Below are positions 54,811 to 64,000 of a stretch of 64,000 nt of DNA, piece by piece. Numbering within the stretch: the first letter of the stretch is position 1; the number at the start of each line of letters is the position of its first letter. The notes beneath the pieces are model-generated. The model saw nothing but the letters and a program-made list of their open reading frames with translations. It had not been told where the DNA came from and ran no database searches. Origin of the DNA: Octopus vulgaris (lineage: Eukaryota); the NCBI GenBank assembly GCA_951406725.2, contig OX597822.1, positions 21,328,001 through 21,392,000 on the forward strand, read 5' to 3'. A program made the position numbers and the translations under genes.

Positions 54811-54966
54811 AAGATTATTATTATTATATATCTATAACACACACACACACACACACACATACACAGAGTGCTTTATCAATATCTGCCAGGATATTTTAAT
54901 CTTTTTTCTTCTAATTATATATATATAATGATAAATATCAAAGTGAGTTATATATATATATATATC

Positions 54967-55162
54967 ACAATTGCAGCGTGGAAAGTGTGTTTTAAAGTGA
55001 CGAAAATATTTTGACAAATTAAACTTAAATGTTGAAGTGAATCGAACGGCTTTTGTGTGTTTCTTAAATGGCTTACAAACACCTTCCACGCTGCAATTGT
55101 TTTCATTTCAGCACGCGATCTCAGATCAAATCACTTGCTATGCAAGTACATCTCCGTAATAT
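54967..55162. repeat. Short repeat with a 22-bp internal inversion (possibly PLE-derived)
   Basis: ACAATTGCAGCGTGGAAAGTGT (54967-54988) vs ACACCTTCCACGCTGCAATTGT (55079-55100). Confidence 0.6.
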
Positions 55163-55172
55163 TTATATATAT

Positions 55173-56236
55173 GCCTCTCGCTCAGAGCAAAAGGCAGACT
55201 GTATGATGCATGTGTATGAACAGCCATGCTACATGGTAGTGAAACATGGGCCGTGACTGCTGAGGATACGCGTAAGCTCGCAAGAAAGGAAGCCAGTATG
55301 CTCCGATGGATGTGTAATGTCAGTGTTCATACTCGACAGAATGTAAGTACCTTGAGAGAAAAGTTGGACCTAAGAAGCATCAGTTGTGGTGGGCAAAAGA
55401 GAGACGTTTGCGCTGGTATGGCCATGTGGCGAGAATGGATGAAGATAGTTGTGTGAAAAAGTGCCACACCCTAGTGGTTGAGGGAACCTGTGGAAGAGGT
55501 AGACCCAGGAAAACCTGGGATGAGGTGGTGAAGCATGACCTCCGAACTTTAGGTCTCACCGAGGAAATGACTAGAGACTGAGACCTATGGAAGTATGCTG
55601 TGCGTGAGAAGACCCGGCAGGACAAGTGAGACCATAACCCATGGCCTCTACCTGGTATGTAGCCGGTCCACTTATGCATACCTTTCCTTCTTGGGACACA
55701 AAATTCTACTTGTTAAGACATGTTGAGGCAAGTGGAAATCAGAATCAAAATCGAAATTGATCAACATCAATGGAAATTGTAGCTGTGATAGCAGTGCCAG
55801 TGGCACGTAAGCGAACCATCTGAACATGGCCGTTGCCAGCGCCACCCCAACGGGCCCCCGTGCCGGTGGCACGTAAAAAGCACCATCCAATCGTGACTGT
55901 TGCCAGCCTCGCCTGGCCCCCGTGCTGGTGGCACGTAAAAAGCACCATCGATCGTAACTGATGCCAGCCTCGCCTGGCCCCCGTGCCGGTGGCACGTAAA
56001 AACCACCATCCAACTGTGGCCGTTTGCCAGCCCCGTCTGGCACCTGTGCCGATGGCATGTAAAAAGCACCCACTGCACTCACGGAGTGGTTGGCGTTAGG
56101 AAGGGCATCCAGCCATAGAAATATTGCCAGATCAGACTGGGCCTGGTGCAGCCTTCTGGCTCCCCAGACCCCAGTTGAACTGTCCAACCCATGCTAGCAT
56201 GGAAAACGGACGCTAAATGATGATGATGGTGATGAT
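55173..56236 (+). mobile_element. 5'-truncated RTE-clade LINE (ORF C-terminus, 3' UTR and (GAT)n tail)
   Basis: MLHGSETWAVT...MLRWMCNVS...ERRLRWYGHVARMDED...GRGRPRKTWDEVVKHDL...; UTR with GGTGGCACGTAAAAAGCACC subrepeats. Confidence 0.93.
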
Positions 56237-56256
56237 AATATATACATATATATATA

Positions 56257-56633
56257 CTAGCAGTATCGCCTGGCGTTGCTCAGGTTTGTAAGGGAAATAA
56301 CTAAGCATTTTTAGAGATGTAAAGTATAATAGCCATCTCAATATGGCTAACCACAAAGAGAGGGTGTTACTGTAGCTTTTTACGTTCTGAGATTTAATAA
56401 TAAATTTTTAGAGAGTTACTTCCCTTATATATGCCAAAATTGCATTAAAAATGGGAAAAATTCATGGTAAATTTTTTTTTTTATCATAGACTCATCGTAG
56501 ACACGCGCTAATACCCAGAAGGGCTCGATATGAATCACGACTATAAGATAAACTGCACCGCAAAATGTGGGAGTAGTTAGGAATCTAAATCGTAGGAGAC
56601 AGACAGCACACAACCTCATTTTTATATATAAAG

Positions 56634-56634
<1 letters not shown>
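56257..56634 (-). mobile_element. Non-autonomous Helitron-like element (related to 688-1323)
   Basis: Minus strand reads A|TC...hairpin...GATACTGCTAG|T; both termini are homologous to the first copy and the interior differs. Confidence 0.85.
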
Positions 56635-56691
<57 letters not shown>

Positions 56692-57156
56692 GATTGTGTA
56701 TTAGAAATAGAATTTTAGACAGTATTTTACATTTGTATTTGGCTCCTTTTATATCTAGGCCAAATTTTGCTTCCATTCTTCTCCATCCCAGACATTGTAA
56801 GTGGGTTCAGTATAATGAATGAAAAGCCTTGAAGATTAAGTGTTCCAGCATGGCCATGGCAATGTCACTGATACCAGTTAAAATAAAAGGAAAGTATGCT
56901 GTTAGTTTGTTAGAATGTTTAGCGTTATGAATGGCATGGAAATCCAATAAACTGTAAGCAAAGATAAAGATAGTGTGTCCCCTGGTGTTGGGTGGCCAGA
57001 AATGGCTGTGTGGTTGAAAAACTTGCTTCCAAAACAAGGTGATTTTGAGTTTTGTCCCTTGGCATGGTAACTTGGGCAAGATGGTAGCCTTGAACCAACC
57101 GAAATGTGAGTGAATTTTGTCGATGGAGACTGATAGAAACTCCTCACATGTGTGTG

Positions 57157-57199
<43 letters not shown>

Positions 57200-57559
57200 G
57201 AAAAGAGAGAGAGAGAGAGAGAGGTATATTATCATATTTAATATGTTCATTTACTCAGATAGCTGAAGACATATACTGCAAAAATTGATTCAGGAGAAAA
57301 CATTTCCCTTATATATGGGAAAACACTCCATTGTACTGAAGGATGTAAGCAATTGTGGCATTGGATGTCAATGGCATCAGTTATGGATATAAAGTTGTCA
57401 TTATTTGTCAAGCTGGAATTAATTATAAAGAGGCGTACTAAGTACTAATGAAAGAAATATACACTGAAAAAGAAATATACACGCAAAAGAAACACAAAAT
57501 GTGGGTGACTGTGAAATATGTTTTAATTTCATTATGCCAGTGATAAATTTAGATAAATC

Positions 57560-57880
57560 TGATAAAGTCAATTTCTTGGATGCACTTTGACTACAGTTTA
57601 TGGGTCATTGTCATGTGTTCTGGTAGTGAGCAGATCCAACACATGGAGATTGTAGGGCAGACATGTTCAATACCATGTATGCCCTCCCCGGGTGTTCCAA
57701 ACGGCCATACACCATCGGTATATGAAGTGTATGAGGTGGTTCACAATAGCCATTGGCACCTGTGCCCACACCCTGAGGAAAGTTGCCTCCACTTCCACAC
57801 AAGCTGTTGGCCTAGTTCAGCCATCCCTGAATTTCATCCCATAGCTGTTTAGTTGGATTCAGATCTGAGCTGAGAGCTGG
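57560..57880 (-). mobile_element. Tc1-family transposase C-terminal fragment and 3' flank
   Basis: PALSSDLNPTKQLWDEI (SPDLNPIE-like), then frameshifted ...FLRVWAQVPMAIVNHLI...CMAVWNTRGGHTWY* (GGHTRY-like terminus). Confidence 0.82.
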
Positions 57881-58466
57881 CTGAGAGCTGGTAACAGGAA
57901 TGGCACCTAGCCATAGGAAATCTACTTCAATAAATTCTATCTGACCCATGCAAAAGGGAACATTAAAACAATGATCGCTTTTAAGCTTGTCTAACACCAT
58001 GGTGAAGAAAGAAAACTTATATGGATGTAAATTCTATTTTGACTTAAATGAGAAGGAGGTAAATTATTCTGATAACTTTTCTTTTGCATTGAGATGGGTT
58101 TGTTATCTGTCATTTTGAAAACTATGATACTAAAGGATGATAAAATCTCCTTTTCACAATTTGTGGGGACATCAGTGTCAACTCATTAGTTTCATATTAA
58201 GATAATTATTTCTTGAAATACCTGAAAAACTTTTGATTAATGTGACAGATTCATACATATTTCGTTAATTCATTTTCTGTTTTAAAGGTATAACAAATAC
58301 TACCATAACTTTTGTCCTTTTTTAGTTTTAGATAATTTCTTTCAATACATCATAAAGTATTTGTTATACTGTTTCCCTCAAAGTTGACTTCCGCAAAATA
58401 CGAATTCAGAATGTAATGATGGGCAAAATGGTGCTAACTATTTCACTACCAGCTTGCCACCTTCCA

Positions 58467-58560
58467 ATAATAATAATAATAATGATAATAATGATGATAA
58501 TAATGATGATAATAATAATAATGATAATAATAACGATGATGATGATAATAATAATAATAT
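58467..58560. repeat. (AAT/GAT)n trinucleotide microsatellite
   Basis: Directly visible. Confidence 0.95.
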
Positions 58561-59941
58561 ATAATTTTCTAATACTGGCACATGATCCAATTGAGTGGTT
58601 AAGTTATAGTTAGTACTTCTTTTATTGATGTCAGAAGAATGAAAGTTCTTAACTGAATTGAAATTCAGGACATAAAAGGACATATCTAAATACCAGCAGC
58701 TATTTTATCTGCCACTTTACCAAGCCTACCACACCATTGGCTTACAGATAGATGGAATTTTATTTAAAATTATTTTAGTTTACACAATTTTCAAATTTAT
58801 AAAGGGTGATGCAAATGTAATATTTAAGCTATAACAACAACTATGGTGATGATGATGATGATGATGGTAATAATGTCTCTTGCCAAATTTGTATCATAGT
58901 TTATTGTTTGAAGCAGAATTGAATAAATTACTATTAAGGTTTCTTTGCCTCACATTGAATCATATCACTACTGTAAACATATTTCTTTCATCTCCTTTCA
59001 TTTTTACAGATACGCAAGTATAAGAGATATCAAAAAATACTTGCAGACATCTTCTGTTCATGATTTCTTCTCTTTGATTTTTGTCTTATGCATTAGTAAA
59101 GAATCTAATAAGAAAAGGAAAGCAAAAACAAACACATCAGAAATAGCAACAAGAAATGCATTATACTGTCTTTCTTTTCCCCTATTGCATATGCATTTTA
59201 CATTAAGCTTCTGTTGTATAAGTAATTTTAGATGGGTGACATAAAATATTTTAATACATGCACATGCATATCTATACAAACTCATTCAAATACACTGAGT
59301 TATCTAAGTGGGAATTTTTTAATTGTAAACATTTATTCACATACTTACTTACATACATGTATGCATACATACTAACATACACTGATGCATGATTTTAATC
59401 AAGTGTTATGTATTTTTCTATAAACTATATCTTTATCTTATCCATATTTATATTTACCCCTACCTGTCTATTTTCCTACTCTCCCTCATTCCTTCATGTG
59501 TAGTTTTAGAATAAAGAATAAAATGCATCCACACACTTCATTACAAAGTGTATACCCTGATTTCTAAACCATGAATTGCCACCATGCATGATGATAAATT
59601 TGTATTTATGTCACAGGAATAACATGGAAATCAAACCCCTCAATCCACAATTACTAAATCTTATTAACTACAACGCAGCCCCCCAACCTCATCACACACA
59701 CACACATGCACACATCCAACAGCAAGATATTACTTAGACCTTGAAAAATACATATAACATAAAAAAAATAAAACAACAGGAAAAGTTACAATATATGTGA
59801 ATCTGAACTGGCAAATACACCTTTTTTTTAATTACTGAAGGATGTTGACGAATACCTCATTGAAATGTATTGATTCCATGCACAATTAGAATTACAGAAT
59901 GATTGCCATTGCAGGTTCCTGGTGGCAGAAAAGAAAGCACA

Positions 59942-60173
59942 GGGTGGTGAGCTGGCAGAAATGTTAGCATAGCAGGCGAAATTCTTAGCAGTATTTCAGC
60001 TGCCATTATGTTCTGAGTTCAAATTCCGCCAAGGTCGACTTTGCCTTTCATCTTTTCGGGGTCGATAATTTAAGTACCAGTTATGCACTGAGGTCGATGT
60101 AATCAACTTAATCCCTCTGTCTGTCCTTGTTTGTCCCCTCTATGTTTAGCCCCTTGTGGGCAATAAAGAAATA
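59942..60173 (+). mobile_element. Full-length Nin-domain SINE with 15-bp TSD
   Basis: TSD AGAAAAGAAAGCACA at 59927-59941 and 60174-60188. Confidence 0.92.
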
Positions 60174-61087
60174 AGAAAAGAAAGCACATGCATACATATA
60201 CGCACACTTACATGTGTGTGTGTGTGCACGCATGTGAGTGAGTGTGTATGTATACATGTATAAATGTGTCTGTATGTACATTTGTGTGCATGCATGTATG
60301 TATGTATTTATGTATGTGTGTGTCTATGTGTGTGCATGTATGTGTATCATCTTCAAAATGTCAGCATGATGCCATGGTTAAAAAGATATTCAGTGCGATA
60401 GGCTGGAAGTAATAAATCAAATGAAATCAGAAAAAAATAAAAATAATAATCATCAGTGATGCAGATACTATCTTTTTCTACCATCTGTGTATATATATAT
60501 ACACAGACACTCGCACACATATGCATACATATCTACGTGCATGTGAGTGTGTGTGTGTGTGTTTGCATTTGAATTTACAAACAAACAAAAAATATACTCA
60601 ATACATGTAGTAGTCTATTCATTTATTCAAATCTTTGACTTCCTTCCGTTACTATTTCCAGTTATGTGCCTTTGAGTTTTATAGTGATTCATGTGTGTGT
60701 GTATGTATGTGTCTATGCTTGTGTGTGTGTGTGTGTGTGTGTGTGTAGCTACACAGATATAAATGAAGAAATGCCACAATAAAAACCCGTACAACATATG
60801 GACACACATGCTTACAATGCATTTAGTTTTGTGCTTCATTGCTCCTTATTAACTGTATCACTGTCAATAATATCCTACTACGTGCCATATCCAACATCAT
60901 TGCTTATTTCCTATGTGAAATGACATCTTACATTGACAGTGATGATACAAGTACATTAATATGTATGAAAGATGTAAATTGCCACTGGTATGACTGTGTG
61001 TTTAAGAAGTTTGTTTCACAATCTTGTGATTGAACAAATCTTTGTGAGTGGATATGTAGGTGGAAACAGAAAGAAGCTGATATATAT

Positions 61088-61129
<42 letters not shown>

Positions 61130-61536
61130 TTATAAATGACAATGAACAGGAGTTATGTAATCACTTTCATTAGCTAATAGCTGTTTCTACTCTAAGGATC
61201 ATTGCACTCAGAGCTGAGTGCTCATGCAACAAATAGTAGCTTCCTCAAAGCCATGAAAATGAAGTGGATAGTTATCATGGAAAGAATATACGCAACACAC
61301 TCACAGACACACGTGCGCATACATGAACATGGCTGTTTGGTAAGAAGCATGCTACACAACCATGTGGTTCAAGTTTCAGTTCGACTGAATAGCATCTTGG
61401 ACAAGTGTCTTGTACTATAGCCTTGGGCTAGCCAAAGCCTTGTGAGTGGATTTGGTAGTCAGAAACTAAAAGAAGCCTGTCATACAGACACACACACATA
61501 CATATATATATATATAAATGTATATGCATTTATATG

Positions 61537-61621
<85 letters not shown>

Positions 61622-61633
61622 GCATATATATCT

Positions 61634-62797
61634 CTTAATCCTTTTTTGCTCCTTGTGAGCATAGGGCCTCAACAATTGTTTTGCACTTTTTGCAGTCATT
61701 GGTGACATGTTTCTTGGCTGCTTCCCATGTCAGGCCGGTTGTCCTGAGCTTGTCCAAAATGCTCTGCTTCCATGTCTGCTTTGGGTGTCCTCACTTCCTT
61801 TTCCCCTACATGTTCCAGTCAAGTGCTTGTCATGTCACATCTGAGGGTTATATCCGCACTGTATGTCCGATCCATCTCAATTTCCTTTATCTAATCTGAA
61901 CATGTATGGGCTCCTGGTTGGCCCTTTCCCACAGGTCGGTGTTTGGCACTCTGTCAAACCACTTCAGATGGATGCTCTGCTGGAGACATTTGTTGATGAA
62001 GGTCTGAATCTTCTTGTAGTTGCTGCAGGTGACTCTCCATGTTTCAGAGTCATACAAAAGCGCAGATTTTATGTTTGAACTAAATAAGTGGAGTTTAGTT
62101 TGTGTTGAGATGGCAGTGGCCTTCCATGCCAGCTGAAGAATAGCGAAGGCTTGCCAAGCCTTCTTGCTTCTTGCCATGATGTCCTCGTCTGATCCACCTC
62201 ATTTGCTGATCTTGCTGCCAAGATAGGCAAACTCACCAACGTCCTCCACAGGTTCCCCCTCGATTGTGATTGGCTCTTCCTGCTTGTTGTTGATATGCAG
62301 CATTTTTGTCTTTTCCCGGCTGATCCTCAAGCCCACTCGCCGTGAAGTTTCTGTCAGGTTGTCTACCTTATCTTGCATGTCTTGCAGGTGATGTGAGAGT
62401 AGTGCGAGATCATCTGCGTAGTCCAAGTCCTCCAGCTTGTTCATCAGTGTCCACTGAATAGTTTCCTGGAAGTAGCGTATGCCATCCTGTTGACCCAGTC
62501 CAGCACAACGAGGAACAGGAGTGGTGACAACAAACAACCCTGTCTGATTCCCGTGCTGACCCTGAATTCCTCCGACAATCTCCCAGAATGGATGGCCTGA
62601 CAAGAAAATTCCTCATAGAGTTATCGAATAATACCCATGATCTACTCTGGCACACCATAGTGTCGTAAGATATCCCAGATTGCTTGTCTACGCTGTCAAA
62701 TGCTTTTTCAAAGTCGACAAAGCACACATAGAGTGATGTTTGCTATACCAATGTATGTCCCACGATGACTCTAAGCATCTCAATCTGGCCCATGCAG
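61634..62797 (-). mobile_element. RTE-clade LINE reverse transcriptase relic (second family), 5'-truncated
   Basis: [59 protein letters not shown]; frameshifts and deletions. Confidence 0.93.
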
Positions 62798-62861
62798 AAT
62801 ATATATATACATGTGTATATATGTATGTATAGATATGTATATACATATGTGTATATGTATA

Positions 62862-62932
<71 letters not shown>

Positions 62933-63062
62933 TTACATATGTTTATATATGTATGTATATATATACATATGTATATATATTTATGTATGTATGTATGTAT
63001 AAAAAGCAAAAAGCAAAAAGCAAGGCTATATATATATATATATATATATACATATATATATA

Positions 63063-63472
63063 GGCGCAGGAGTGGCTGTGTGGTAAGTAGCTTGCTAACC
63101 AACCACATGGTTCCAGGTTCAGTCCCACTGCGTGGCATCTTGGGCAAGTGTCTTCTGCTATAGCCCCAGGCCGACCAATGCCTTGTGAGAGGATTTGGTA
63201 GACGGAAACTGAAAGAAGCCTGTCGTATATATGTATATATATATGTATGTGTGTGTATGTGTTTGTGTGTCTGTGATTGTCTCACTAGCATTGCTTGACA
63301 ACCGATGCTGGTGTGTTCACGTCCCCGCCACTTAGCGGTTCGGCAAAAGAGACCGATAGAATAAGTACTGGGCTTACAAAGAATAAGTCCTGGGGTCGAT
63401 TTGCTCAACTAAAGGCGGTGCTCCAGCATGGCCGCAGTCAAATGACTGAAACAAGTAAAAGAGCAAAAGAGA
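63063..63472 (+). mobile_element. Full-length tRNA-derived SINE
   Basis: GGCGCAGGAGTGGCTGTGTGG (A box), GGTTCAGTCC (B box), internal TA/TG microsatellite, 3' stem-loop CAGTCAAATGACTG and A-rich tail. Confidence 0.92.
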
Positions 63473-63519
63473 GTATATATATATTTATATATATATATAT
63501 ATACATGTGTGTGTAACTG

Positions 63520-64000
63520 AATCTCCACCAGAACTAGAAAAAAAAATTGAGGAGTGGAAGCAAGGTCTGGAATCAATGAGTTAATTTAGCAAAAGCCAAA
63601 CAAATCACAAATACCTTCAGGGAGACGTAGAAAAGGCATAGGTAGAAATTCCATAAGGTGTACCCAGTGCAAGCTATAGACACATGGGCTGTGGTTCCAG
63701 AGGACATGTGAAGATTTGAAAGAAATGAAGGTAGTATGCTTCACTGAATGTGCAATGTCAGTGTGCATGTATGACAGAGTGTAAGCATCTTGAGAGAAAA
63801 ATTGGGCATAAGAGGCATCAGATGTGGTATGCAAGAGACTGTGCTGGTATGGTCATCTGATATGTGTGGGCAAGATCAGCTGTGTAAAGAAGTGCTGATC
63901 TCTAACTGTAGAGGCAACCTGCGGAAGAGGTAGATCCAGGAAGACATGGGACAAAGTGGTGAAGCATAATTATTGAATGGTGGGTCTCACAGAGGCAATG
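63520..64000 (+). mobile_element. Degenerate RTE LINE ORF fragments
   Basis: Homologous to 55173-55570 (…CTTGAGAGAAAA…CTGGTATGGTCAT…GGAAGAGGTAGATCCAGGAAGACATGGG); multiple deletions. Confidence 0.85.

Noticed and set aside
55790-56070. CRISPR-like spaced repeats (GGTGGCACGTAAAAAGCACC)
   Set aside because: These are subrepeats of the RTE LINE 3' UTR; the spacers resemble each other, the context is eukaryotic and there are no cas genes
62743-63408. 221-aa minus-strand ORF
   Set aside because: It is antisense read-through of a SINE plus TA microsatellite

Overview
This is AT-rich, repeat-dense eukaryotic non-coding DNA, either intronic or intergenic. The SINE and RTE families and the abundant (TA)n/(CA)n/(GAT)n microsatellites point to a cephalopod (Octopus) genome; this is pattern recognition, not a database match. 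No intact protein-coding gene can be supported, and most ORF-track entries are microsatellite or antisense artefacts. Recognisable content: a disabled BCS1 (mitochondrial complex III AAA chaperone) pseudogene covering only the N-terminal half; mariner, Tc1 and pogo (Brinker-DBD) DNA transposon relics; two non-autonomous Helitrons; RTE-clade LINE fragments; several tRNA-derived SINE families; and many Penelope-like element (PLE) relics. The most interesting signal is a set of minimal type-I hammerhead ribozyme motifs, several inside PLE-style inverted or tandem repeats. Three sequence-unrelated families carry the compensatory U3:A8 core (TTGANAA) instead of CTGANGA. Also notable are a ~385-bp near-perfect inverted repeat bracketing candidate minus-strand exons and a cluster of RFX X-box-like motifs.
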